Part shown: piece after piece, positions 49,061 to 60,702 of the stretch | Layout: each line of letters opens with the position of its first letter | Numbering within the stretch: position 1 is the stretch's first letter | Assembly (NCBI GenBank): GCA_951406725.2 | Contig: OX597834.1 | Coordinates: 34,906,001 to 34,970,000 of the forward strand | DNA: 64,000 nt | Reading direction: 5' to 3' | Source: Octopus vulgaris | Taxonomy: Eukaryota | Notes under the pieces: model-generated | What the model saw: the letters and a program-made list of their open reading frames with translations, nothing else | Database searches by the model: none | Told to the model about the DNA's origin: nothing | Translations under genes and position numbers: made by a program

Positions 49061-49714
49061 GAAAACATAAAATGCAAAGTATTGACAATAACATACTTCC
49101 TCCTCCCCCGCCTCCTCTTCCCATGTGATTGAACAACCAATCCCAACCGGTCGGGATTCACAATACAATTGACCTCTACAACCCTCAATCGTTCATTGCC
49201 ACTTCTGGTTCATTGATGGCAATTCCTGAGTCACACACAATGATGTCTAGGGAAAAAAAGATTTTTTTCTCAAAGAGGCTCTTCCTGTTGGCCTCCACAA
49301 GAGGAAAGATGAAATGATCTCTCTCTGTTCTATAATAGTGACAAGCTAAGTTTTGTCATTTATGAGACACACATAAACATTGACTCCAACTTCCCATATA
49401 TTTACTGAATAGAACAATAAAAACACACCCATAGTGTATACGTATGTGTTATGGTGGGGTGGTTTACGTATTTCTGTGAACAAAGCCCTGAAATGTATGA
49501 GAATATGGTGATAAAAAAGTGATTTTGGAAAACTATCTTCTCACTAATAAAACTTATAATAACAAATCTAATTAATTTTATGAGATTTAGTTAGCCTAGG
49601 ACAATGGAGCAAAGATGAACAGATACAGCAAACGTCCTGAAGTCATCGAGGACAGTAGACAAGAGATCATAAACCTGTTGTTATTTAATCCCAGGTCACT
49701 CCCAACAGTCAGTC

Positions 49715-49860
49715 ATAAACAGTAAGCTACAGATTTTCCTCAACAAATGTCTGCACTACATCCTCGAGATCCGGTGGTCGGGCAAAATTTCAAACTAAAG
49801 TCTATGGGATAGGATGAACCAAACTCCCATCAATTGAGAAGTTCTGTAAAGGAATTCTAC
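49715..49860 (+). mobile_element. RTE-clade LINE fragment
   Basis: KLQIFLNKCLHYILEIRWSGKISN*SLWDRMNQTPI resembles KLQ.F.N.CLR.IL.I.W...ISN..LW. Confidence 0.75.
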
Positions 49861-50223
49861 CTCCAAGAAGCACTGCAAGACATGGTGAAAGAAAATAAAT
49901 CAGATGAAAACAATACTGTTTTGTTTTTCTCATTAAGAGAGGGGAAAGGCAAAAAAATTCAGAAATGGAGCTGTTATTTGTCAGTATGAGAACTGCTGAC
50001 CTAAAATGAAAGGTGTTCCAGCTGTGACCATCCTATCTATTATTCATCATATCTCCTACATCTAAGACTACCTCATCTAAAGGGCCTTTACTTTTATTGT
50101 TGTTGTTTAGCTCCAAAGTTAGCTCTGTTCAGTATGATTAAAGCCACTGTGTTGTTCCATACTTTTTCAGGCATAGCCTATCTAGGACCACATCATCCAA
50201 TGTCTTTGTGCTTTTTGCCTTCA

Positions 50224-50435
50224 TTAACCCTTTAGCATTTAAACAGATCATATCCAGCCCATATAGCCTACCTGCTCTATGTTCAAAGTGGCCAGATCTG
50301 GACTGTCACACCTACTCTACAACGTCATTCTAAAATAAATATTCACATCATTGAAATCTTGAAGCTACGAAATAATGCATGATTAAATTCAGAACAATAC
50401 GAATAGACAAGCATTATGTATGACCGAGTAATTCA
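50224..50435 (-). mobile_element. piggyBac-like MITE (type G)
   Basis: ttaaccctttagcatttaaac start; homologous to 34123-34322. Confidence 0.8.
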
Positions 50436-50524
50436 GGCTGAGCAATTATAGCACCTGTGCTTGAGAAGAAGACCCATCAAGCCAAGCAAAATCACAGTAT
50501 GTATGAATATATGTATGTATGTAT

Positions 50525-50900
50525 CTTTCTTTTACTTGTTTCAGTCATTTAACTGTGGCCATGCTGGAGCACCGCCTTTAGTCGAGCAAATCGACCCCAG
50601 AACTTATTCTTTGTAAGCGTAGTACTTATTCTATCGGTCTCTTTTGCCGAACCGCATCAGCATCGGTTGTCAAGCAATGCTAGGGGGACAAACACAAACA
50701 TACACGCACACACACACATATACATATATACATATATACGACGGGCTTCTTTTAGTTTCCGTCTACCTAATCCACTCACAAGGTATTGGTCGGCCCGAGG
50801 CTATAGCAGAAGACACCTGCCCAAGGTGCCACGCAGTGGGACTGAACCCGGAACCATGTGGTTGGTAAACAAGCTACTTACCACACAGCCACTCCTGCGC
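50525..50900 (-). mobile_element. SINE family A, near full length
   Basis: Close reverse complement of 31433-31823 with a short internal deletion. Confidence 0.9.
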
Positions 50901-51110
50901 CTATTTTTCATAATTTAACTACTTTCGACAGCTGTTTCATTAGAAATTAGCATAATTAATACTATAACTACATAATACTACAAAGTTATAACACATTGGA
51001 TTTTAACAACCTATTATTAATTAGGTTCTTAATTACTCTCTCTCTATATTTTTTTATGCTTTATGTATCATCACTTTTTATATGGATGTGTGTGTTAGTG
51101 TATGAATGTG

Positions 51111-51161
<51 letters not shown>

Positions 51162-51234
51162 ACATGCATGTGTGTATCTATGTATGTATAAAAGGTAGGT
51201 CAAGATTACATATGTATTTGTGTGAATACAAACA

Positions 51235-51655
51235 TTTAGTCACTTGTCACATCAATCACAGGTTCAATGACCCCTATCAGTCTTTAAACTACCTTAGTGA
51301 CCCAGTCACTCATTACCTCAATGACAGTCACAAAAGCAACAGTTCATCAATCACCTAACTGAACCATTAATCACATCAATCACTGCCTAAATGATCCATT
51401 AGCCTTATCAGTCATTACCACAAGGACCTGTTAGCAGTCCATTGCCACTTCAGTGGTCTGGCCACTCACTGGCTCAATGACCCATCATCCATTAGTCATA
51501 TCAATCACTGTTTAAACAAGCACTCAGCCATATTGGTCATTACATCAACGACCTGTTAGCAGTTCTTTGCCACTTCAGTGGTCCAGCCATTCACTATCTC
51601 AATGACCAATCAAACATTTACAACCTCAATGATCCATTAGTCACATCAATCACTT
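51235..51655. repeat. degenerate satellite with a ~124-bp higher-order unit
   Basis: 51364-51487 versus 51488-51611 (gacctgttagcagt...tgccacttcagtggtc); recurring tcaatgacc and tcacatcaatcac subunits. Confidence 0.75.
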
Positions 51656-52020
51656 AATAATAATCTTTATGCAAACTAACTCGAAATTTCTTTGTATTCA
51701 ATTTCACGTCTTTCTTTTTTTCTTGACAAAGTCAAGATTTTTGTATATCAATTAATACAAAAGAGACCCACAAACACAATAAAACACACAAAAATTCAGA
51801 CATAATACAAATAGACACACACACACAAATCCAAATGCACACACACACACAAATACACCAATACAAAATCAGACAGGGGCATATACATATAAACCACAAT
51901 AGATACATACACACACACACACACACACACACAATACACATTCACCCATATAAACACACCAATACAGACTCAGGCCGACAGACACAGATTAGAAGCATGC
52001 CTACACTCCAGAAGTACAGG

Positions 52021-52055
<35 letters not shown>

Positions 52056-52385
52056 ATCACTTACACACATGCACAGATTCAGGTAAGACCCAAATACAGA
52101 CATACACCAACACAAAAATGCACAAACACTTATACAAGCACACACACACACACACACACCAGTATAAACTCAGACACACATACACACACACACACACATA
52201 TATATATATAAAGGCACAAAACACGTACACATAGACACACAAACTAATTCAAACAAAATACAAATACAGACGCACAAACACACGAATACAACTACACACA
52301 CACACAAACATATGCATACCAATACAAATTCAGAGACACACATAGACAGACAGCTATGCAAGCACTTACACACTCAGGAGCATAG

Positions 52386-52438
<53 letters not shown>

Positions 52439-52543
52439 GACACAACACCATCTCAAACATTTTATGTTATCTGTCTAACATAGAACCAATTGTGTTGAAA
52501 AGCAAATATGTTTAGATAAAATACCTGTATTATATGAAATGAG

Positions 52544-52598
<55 letters not shown>

Positions 52599-52701
52599 TA
52601 ACAACAACAATAAAAGCATTTTTTTTCTACTTTAGATGGACGCTAATATTATATAAAATATACAATAAAAAAATGTTTTGATGTTTACAATCTGTATGAG
52701 T

Positions 52702-53385
52702 AGGCACATGGCTCAGTGGTTAGAGCATCAAGCTTACAATGTTGAGGTTGTGAGTTTGATGCCAGGACCAGGCTGTGTGTGTTGTGCTCTTGAGCAAGAC
52801 ACTTTTTTTCATGTTGTTCCAGTTTATTCAACCGTGGAAATAGAAATGAGTTGCGACAATGTCACTGGTGCCAAGCTGTGTTGGCCTTGCGACAATGCCA
52901 CTGGTGCGACAATGCCACTGGTGCCAAGCTGTATTGGCCTTGCGACAATGTCACTGGTGCCAAGCTGTGTTGGCCTTGCGACAATGTCACTGGTGCCAAG
53001 CTGTGTTGGCCTTGCGACAATGTCACTGGTGCCAAGCTGTGTTGGCCTTGCGACAATGCCACTGGTGCCAAGCTGTGTTGGCCTTGCGACAATGCCACTG
53101 GTGCCAAGCTGTGTTGGCCTTGCGACAATGCCACTGGTGCCAAGCTGTGTTGGCCTTGCGACAATGTCACTGGTGCCAAGCTGTGTTGGCCTTGCGACAA
53201 TGTCACTGGTGCCAAGCTGTGTTGGCCTTTGCCTTTTTCCTTGGATAATATCGGTGGCGTGACAAGATATGCGTGGGCAACTACTGGTCGTCCATAAACA
53301 ACCTTGCCCATACATGTGCCTTGGAGGGTAGGTTTCTAGGTGTAGGAGCAATCCCATGGTCATTTGTGACCAAAGGGGTTTTTTA
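52702..53385 (+). mobile_element. SINE family D containing an expanded 36-bp array
   Basis: Head and tail match 15695-16012. Confidence 0.85.
52853..53229. repeat. 36-bp minisatellite, 10 full units plus one 17-bp partial
   Basis: Unit gcgacaatg(t/c)cactggtgccaagctgtgttggcctt, contiguous, with no spacers. Confidence 0.95.
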
Positions 53386-53832
53386 CTCTTTACACAAATC
53401 CATGGGAAAACATGGCTGTACTATGTTTCAAAACAGAAAATATGTGTTGTGCCCTTGAAATTTCACTATACAACTACTTTTTATGTGCGTGTATGTATAC
53501 ACAAATACAGAAGAGTACTCACTGCAAACCTGTAACGATTCATAGAGAAAACGTGGCCCTTCTGAGTGTGTGTGTGTGTGTGTGTGTGCGAGTGTATGTC
53601 TCTCTCTCTCTCTCTCTCTGGTTCTCAGATGTTGTAGGTTTAAATAAACAATGTTATCAGCGGGATGAAAACAAAAATTAATGATAAAATACCTAAATAT
53701 TCAAGTGTTCCAGACGTATCCGTTGGCTGATAAAGTTCATATTATACAGAAAATCAGTTAAGAATATTTTTAAAATTTCAAGTTCCTCTATCTTTAAAAA
53801 TTTCCAAAGAAATTTATTTATTTATTATTTAG

Positions 53833-54142
53833 ATGGCTGTGTGGTAAGAAGCTTGCTTCCTAACCATGTGGTTTTAGGTTCAGTTCCATGGAATGATACC
53901 TTTTGGGCGAATGCCTTCCGCTGTAGCCCCAGGCTGACCAAACACTTGTGAATAGATTTGGTAGACGGAAACTGTGTCTGTATGTGTCCCACCACCGTTT
54001 GACAACCAGTGTTAGTTTGTTTACATCCCTGTAACTTAGTGGTTCAGCAAAAGATGCAAAGAGAATAAGCAGCAGGCATAAAATTAAAATAAGCACTGGA
54101 GGTGGCTCATTCAACTAAGACCCTTCAAGGCAGTGCCCCAGC
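53833..54142 (+). mobile_element. SINE family A whose tail runs into a minisatellite
   Basis: atggctgtgtggtaagaagcttgctt...ttcaactaagacccttcaaggcagtgccccagca. Confidence 0.8.
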
Positions 54143-54328
54143 AAGGCAGTGCCCTCATCAATGCAGAGCCCCAGTAAGGCAGTGCCCTCATCAAGGCAGT
54201 GCCCCAGCAAGGCAGTGCCCTCATCAAGGCAGTGCCCTCATCAAGGCAGTGCCCCATCAAGGCAGTGCCCCAGTAGGCAGTGCCCTATCAAGGCAGTGCC
54301 CTCATCAAGGCAGTGCCCCAGCAAGGCA
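54126..54328. repeat. 16-17-bp minisatellite derived from the SINE A tail
   Basis: caaggcagtgccccag / caaggcagtgccctcat, about 12 units. Confidence 0.9.
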
Positions 54329-54659
54329 CTTTCCCGGGTGAGTTCGCCAGTGATCCTTCATGCTACAACTTGCTAGTTTGCCCAGGTGGATAAAATGCTA
54401 AGTAAACTTTTGGGCAGGATTTGAACTGAGAATGCAAAGGAAATGTAGCTAAAGACACCAAGAGCCAAAATAAATATTAATTAATCATTAATTATTTACT
54501 AAGTTCTATATTTTTTAATAAACCCAATTCGATTTTTCTAAAATATTGATTTGGGAACGTAAACACCATCTGTTCGTAAAATTGCTTTATAATTATTCAA
54601 CAGCTGCAACAACAACAACATATGTCAGAAAGTCATTGTCAACAATAACTTCAGCTACA

Positions 54660-54825
54660 CACCAGCATGGCTGTGTGGTTAAGAAGTTCACTTCCCAAGC
54701 TCATGGTTTCAGGTTCAGTCCCACTGTAGGACATCTTGGGCAAAGGGTTTTCTACAAGAACCTTGGGCCAACCAAAGCTTTGTGAGTGAGTGAATTTGGT
54801 CAATAATACAGAAAGAAGACTGGAA
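54660..54825 (+). mobile_element. SINE family A 5' half
   Basis: gcatggctgtgtggttaagaag...ggttcagtcccactg. Confidence 0.8.
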
Positions 54826-54827
54826 TT

Positions 54828-54889
<62 letters not shown>

Positions 54890-55412
54890 TAGATAGATAG
54901 ATAGATATATATATATATATATAATGTATATATGACGGTGATGATAATGAAGATGATAATGATGGTGGTGGTGGTGGTGGTAGTGATGATGTTGATATGG
55001 TGATGGATGTGGTGATGATGATGGTGGCAGTGATACTGATGGAGATGAAGTGAATGAGGAGGAGGAGACGGAGAGCAGTAATGACGAAGGTAAAAAACGA
55101 AAGTGATGGTGATCAAATAATCACTCTCTGTAAGGAGAAATAAATATGACATGAAAAGAAAATACAAAAGAAAAAGCAAGAGAAAAGTGACTGACCTGTA
55201 TCTACTGTAAAAGCAATGTCATCTGGTTGTTCTAGGCATTTTCTAAACATCCATGGATTCATCACTACAAAAAATAGAAGATTATCAATTAGCATCATCA
55301 CCATCATTACTACTATTATTATTATTATTATTATTATTATTTAATGGCGGTGCCCCAGCATGGCCGCAGCTCGTCAGCTGAATCTAGATGAAATAAAAAA
55401 AAAATGAAATAT

Positions 55413-55456
<44 letters not shown>

Positions 55457-55476
55457 TTACTAATATTATTGTTATT

Positions 55477-55692
55477 AAGGTGGTGAGCTGTCAGAAATGT
55501 TAGCATGCTGGACAAAATGCTTAGCGGTATTTGACTTATCACTATGTTCTGAGTTCAGATTCCGCCAAGGTTGATGTTAGCTTTCATCCTTTTGGGGTCA
55601 ATAAATTAAGTAGCAGTGAAACACTGGGGTTGATGTAATTGACAGTCCTCTTCCTCCAAAATTTCAGACCTTGTACATTTAGTAGAAAGGAT
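55477..55692 (+). mobile_element. SINE family B with a (tta)n tail
   Basis: aaggtggtgagctg...ctttcatccttttggggtcaataaa...agtagaaagga(tta)n. Confidence 0.85.
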
Positions 55693-55726
55693 TATTATTA
55701 TTATTGGGAACAATAATAATAATAAT

Positions 55727-56153
55727 AACAAGAGCACTCAGAGGGTGCAAACCCCTGCCAAGGCAACACCAACGTCCTTTCAATGATTAGTCGGAGATGA
55801 TTTTTAAAATGAGAATATCTGAAATAAAACTCGACTGCTCTCACAAACGAGAATACTAAAAATGAACCCGACTGCTCTCAAAAATTAAGTGAAAAAACAG
55901 AAAAATAATCCAGAATCCTTATCCAGTATCAGATTGATCCCAAAATCTAATCAGTGGATGTATTGCTTTCAATCGCATTTGTTTGTCCATGGACAAGATA
56001 TCTCAAGAACTGCTGGATGGATTCGGACAGGCCAAACATCCCTGAAAGTTTCATCCGAATCCGTCCAGTGGTTCTTGAGATATCTTGTCCATGGACAAAC
56101 ACAAACAAATGCAACTGAAAACAATACCTCCACTTTTGCTAAGACAGAGGTAA
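55727..56153. mobile_element. non-autonomous Helentron/DINE-like element
   Basis: Starts aacaagagcactcagag...acccctgccaaggc and ends aaaacaatacctcc...gaggtaa (sub-terminal hairpin), with caaaatctaatcagt and aagtttcat..gaatccg motifs. Class assignment is by recall. Confidence 0.6.
55956..56131. repeat. long inverted repeat (~72-bp arms, 26-nt loop)
   Basis: 55956-56027 is the reverse complement of 56054-56131 apart from a 6-bp indel and several mismatches. Confidence 0.9.
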
Positions 56154-56644
56154 CAAGGAATAAAAAACAGAGAAGTGAAATCAACAATAACTATAAAGAA
56201 AAATTCAAATATGAAACAGAAGCAACACTAGAGTAATAAGGTTCATCAACCATATACACTTAGCCTATATAAGCTTCATGGATTTTCCAGTCAGCTGCTT
56301 TTGGTGAGCTGGAGAATACTTATTCAAAGCATTGGGGTTTAGAACACTCAAGAGTCATGGACAGGCGTTTCTGATCCCGGTAGGGTATGTGATGTCGACA
56401 AGCCACAAAAATGGTTAAACATCGATGTCTGTCACTCCTAGATGGGATTAAGGGTGAGTTATCTTGCCTGTCGATGACTCTAAGAGGTTTTAATATGCAG
56501 CACTTTGAGAATATTCCCTACCAAGCCAACAGCAGCCGATCAGCAAATACACATAAGTACATGCGTTAAGTATATGTGGACTGATTCAAAACATTATTTT
56601 TTCATTACAGGTTTTATCTGATTTGATTGATGCGCAAATATGAC

Positions 56645-56677
<33 letters not shown>

Positions 56678-57192
56678 TATTATTATTATTATTATTATTA
56701 TAGCTGTGTTTGCTTTGATATCAATATTGCAAAAGATTTTGGATTTGAGCTTGCACCCCCTCTAAGCAAATTTTCTTCCTGCACTAACGCCTCTTCTAAA
56801 TCACATACAAATTAAGGAAATTTCTTAAGCACATAGCCATGTGTGCAAAGAATGTAGCAAAATGCCTTAAAGGAATTTACTCAGGCACTCTATCATTTCT
56901 GCTATTCTAGAAATTACTAACAAAAGACCAGACATTGTTATCAAATACTTTTCAACAAAAACATATATAAAAAGACATAACAATATGAAAAAAGAACCAA
57001 GTTTTTTTTAAAAATAAATCATTCAATCTCTTGATAACAATACACCAATGCAGGCTAACAACAACAACAACAACATACCTCTAAAAGGAATGAAAGAGGT
57101 ATCTAAATATAGACAAAAATCAATATACTTAATATCAGCAATATCTCACTGACTAAACAAACTGCAGTATTGTTATAACAAATATATGTGTG

Positions 57193-57271
<79 letters not shown>

Positions 57272-57299
57272 CATATCTTAAATATATATTATATTTATA

Positions 57300-57650
57300 T
57301 ATTCTTTTATATGTTTCATGTGGCCATGCTAGAGCACCGCCTTTAGTCGAAGAAATCAACCCCAGGACTTATTCTTTGGAAGCTTAGTACTTATTCTATC
57401 AGTCTCTTTTGTTGAACCACTAAGTTAGGGGATGTAAACACACCAACATCGGTTGTCAAGCATTGGTAGGGTGGGACACACACACACACAAACATATGAC
57501 GGGCTTCTTTCAGTTTCCATCTACCAAATCCACTCACACGGCTTTGGTCAGCCTGACGCTATAGTAGAAGACACTTGCCCAAGGTGCCCAGCAGTGGGAC
57601 TGAACCAAGTGGTTGGTATGCAAGTTACTTACCACACAGCCACTCCTGCA
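57300..57650 (-). mobile_element. SINE family A
   Basis: Reverse complement of the consensus, from tail to head. Confidence 0.85.
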
Positions 57651-57734
57651 CCTATATATACATATATAACTTTGGGACCATATATGTATGTGTATTTGTA
57701 CATATGTATGTGCATATATATATATATATATGTA

Positions 57735-57873
57735 GTCGACTTTGCCTTTCATCCTTTCGGGGTCGATAAATAAAGTGCCAGTTTCGTACTGGGGTCGATG
57801 TAATCGACTTAATCCGTTTGTCTGTCCTTGTTTGTCCCTTCTATGTTTAGCCCCTTGTGGGCAGTAAAGAAAT
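57735..57873 (+). mobile_element. SINE family B, 5'-truncated, in (TA)n
   Basis: gtcgactttgcctttcatcctttcggggtcgataaa...ccccttgtgggcagtaaagaaata. Confidence 0.9.
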
Positions 57874-58292
57874 ATATATATATATATATGTAGTATGTAT
57901 AAATGTGTGAGGGTGTGTATCATAATAAATTTTTTCTTTGCTTTGTTTTTAGTTTCCTTTGTTCTTTTCCCATAACTCTCCATGTAAGGAACCATTTATA
58001 GCAATAAATAAATCATACACAACCAACCGAGAGTGACTGGACATACCAATGAACCAACACCAACCACCCTACAACTGACTGATGGATTGACCAACAAACC
58101 AGCGACCCCACTGACCAACAGACCAACCAATCTACTACCAGCCTGTGATTTAGAGAGAGCATTTGTGTGTATGTTTGTGTGTGGGGGGTATGACATCAAA
58201 TGACAGGGGAAATAAATCTCCTTCAAAACTCCAAACCAATGTTGTTTGTTTTAATCCTTAAAAGTCCTTCTGTGTACAAAACTACTATGAGC

Positions 58293-58329
<37 letters not shown>

Positions 58330-58549
58330 AAACAAAGGAACATAAATTTGTCTGAGGTGATGGGTCGACAAGAAGCTCATAAATTTTCTCGTTATTATTT
58401 TAAAAATCTGAACAGAGCAGAAGAAGGCAGAGGTTGTGAGGCCCAATGTCTCACAAGTGTAGGTTACTAATAACAATTACTTTATAACACACACACTCTC
58501 TCTTTTTCTCTTTTGGGAGGATACATTGAGTGGAAACTATACCTTTCTA

Positions 58550-58675
58550 AACCACATGGTTCCAGGTTCAGTCCTACTGTGTGGTACCTTGAGCAAGTGT
58601 CTTCTACTATAATCTCAAGCCAACCAAAGCCTTGTGAGTGGATTTGGTAGACAGAAACTGAAAGAAGCCTGTCAT
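58550..58675 (+). mobile_element. SINE family A 5' fragment
   Basis: accacatggttccaggttcagtcc...aactgaaagaagcctgtc. Confidence 0.85.
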
Positions 58676-58700
58676 ACATATATATATATATGTATATATA

Positions 58701-58915
58701 TTGAATGACACAAATTAGATATTTCTTCGAATGCAGAATTGTTGTTAGAAGAGCAGAAATATTGGGTAAATTACCCAAACAAAATAGAAAAATTTGATTG
58801 ATTGTTGACAAATTTTTCCACTTTGTAAGAGTAATTTTAATTTACCCAGCATTTCTGTTCTTCTAACAGCAATTCTGCATTCAAAAACAAATATAATCTA
58901 ATTTGTGTCATTCAG
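58701..58915. mobile_element. fully palindromic (foldback) MITE-like element flanked by TA
   Basis: tgaatgacacaaattagat...gggtaaatta pairs with taatttaccc...atctaatttgtgtcattca; inner gaaaaatttg / caaatttttc also pair. Confidence 0.75.
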
Positions 58916-59004
58916 TACAAATTTTGACACTTATAAAAACAAATGGTTGGGGGGGGGGGGAGGTTAAACAAAAACACACGTGTGTGCATGTGTGTGTGTG
59001 TATG

Positions 59005-59140
59005 TGACAGGTTTCCATAGTTTCTGTCTCCCAAATTCACTCACAAGGCTATAGTAGAGACTTGCCCAAGGTTCCATATACAGGGACTGAACCCGGAACC
59101 ACATGGTTGCAAAGCATGCTTCTTAGCCACACAGCCATGC
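59005..59140 (-). mobile_element. SINE family A 5' half
   Basis: cttgcccaagg...gggactgaacccggaaccacatggttg...ccacacagccatgc. Confidence 0.85.
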
Positions 59141-59791
59141 CTAAAAATAAAATAAGATAAAAAAAAATAAAAAGAATAGACAAAACAATTGGCTATCAGA
59201 AAGCCATTATCCAAATATGTAAACATTAGAATCCACCAGATTACAACAGCAACAGGAACAATAACACTGCAGCAATGCCTGTGGAACTTTTACCATTCTT
59301 GCTTCGATGATAGACAGGAATGTGAGGTAATGGAACATGTTTGTTTCATCTCTAACATATTCCTCAGGGAAATGTTCCACTAAATGTATCTAATCACTAA
59401 TTTATACAGCTCGTTATTATTAGCATCGGAAGACAATTTAACATGCTGGAACGAAACAATGTTATTTGAATAAATTTCCTCATTAGTAATTAACTAAAGC
59501 AAATAGCCAATGACGATAACAACAACAACAATCCCGTCTCCATGTTGCTACAGGGTTCAACTAAAATACAAAGAACTGTCCAGAATAGATTATCAATCTA
59601 CAATATTGAAGTTAATAATAATAGTAATAGCTCTAATTTTGGCACAAGGCCAGTAATTCTGATGGGAGTTGGGCATGTTGATTCTATAGAAGCCAGTACT
59701 TAACCAATGTTTATTTTATTGACACCCCACCCCATCAAAAGGATGAAAAGCAAAGTTGACCTTGGCAGAATTTGATAACAATAATAATAAT

Positions 59792-60068
59792 GTGGTGTGA
59801 TAAAAAAAGGGATGTCAGAAATATCTAGATAAGATCCCAGGAGAACCATGTCTCAGAGAAATCCAAAAGATTGTGCTGACAAGTACTGTCCACATCCTTA
59901 GAAAAATCCTATCAGTTTAAATGTCTGTGTTGTATTACATGAAGATGTTTCACTACCTCCCCTCCCCAAGCTTTCAGTCATGCTGTAATATCTCTTATCC
60001 TTCACTCACCCCAGGATGCTTGGTGTGTCTCGGCAAGTGACTGTAACAAAGATTCAGATTAAAAGTAA

Positions 60069-60070
<2 letters not shown>
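59792..60070 (+). mobile_element. 5'-truncated R4/Dong-type LINE (ORF C-terminus plus 3' UTR) inserted in (TAA)n
   Basis: Open frame KKGCQKYLDKIPGEPCLREIQKIVLTSTVHILRKILSV* (stop 59918-59920); (taa)n on both sides. Confidence 0.8.
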
Positions 60071-60100
<30 letters not shown>

Positions 60101-60101
<1 letters not shown>

Positions 60102-60212
60102 CTTTTCTACTAAAGGCACAAGGCCTGAAATTTTGGGGGAGGGGATAAGTTGATTACATTGACCCGTGTTTCACTGCTATTTAATTTATCAACCTTGAGA
60201 GGATGAAAGGCA
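60101..60212 (-). mobile_element. SINE family B 3' part after (TAA)n
   Basis: ttttctactaaaggcacaaggcctgaaattttggg. Confidence 0.8.
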
Positions 60213-60244
60213 TGGAAAATAAGGGGACATAAAATATATAACAT

Positions 60245-60395
60245 GAAACCCCACAGTGAAGAGGACAGTCACCTAGGGCCAATCAAGGAACTCTACTAGA
60301 TCCAGGATTACCTTGACAACAATGAGTAACACAGGATTTGGGGGAGCTCCTGATTGGCCCTTGATGGCTAATGCCACTCCTCTTTGGGATTTATC
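60245..60395. repeat. old imperfect palindrome (~60-bp arms)
   Basis: agggccaatcaaggaactc...gatcc versus ggattt...gagctcctgattggccct, with outer aaacccca / tgggattt. Confidence 0.6.
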
Positions 60396-60702
60396 ACAAC
60401 ATGACTATTGAAGAAGAAGAGGAAAAAGGAGGAGGATTAGTTGTAAGAGAATACACTTGCCCCAGGTGCATTGCAGTGAGATAGAACTCGAGAACATAGG
60501 GTTAATAAGCGAAATCTGTAGCAATGCCTTGTGAATGAATTTGGTAGAGGAAAACTGTGTTAAAGCTCATTGCATATGTGTGTGTGTTTTTGCCCCCCCT
60601 CCCTTTCACCAATTGACAACTAGTGTTGGTTTGTTTACATCCCTGTAATAGAGACCACTAGGATAAGAACTAAATTCTAAAAGAAAATTAAGTATTTCTT
60701 GA

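Noticed and set aside
52853-53229. 36-bp repeats resembling CRISPR direct repeats
   Set aside because: The units are contiguous with no unique spacers, no cas genes are present, and the unit derives from a SINE body in eukaryotic DNA.
52678-53363. Cys-rich repeat ORFs (CWPCDN..., 148-194 aa) as metallothionein-like genes
   Set aside because: The frames are open only because the 36-bp unit lacks stops. Multiple frames on both strands are open and the flanks are SINE sequence.
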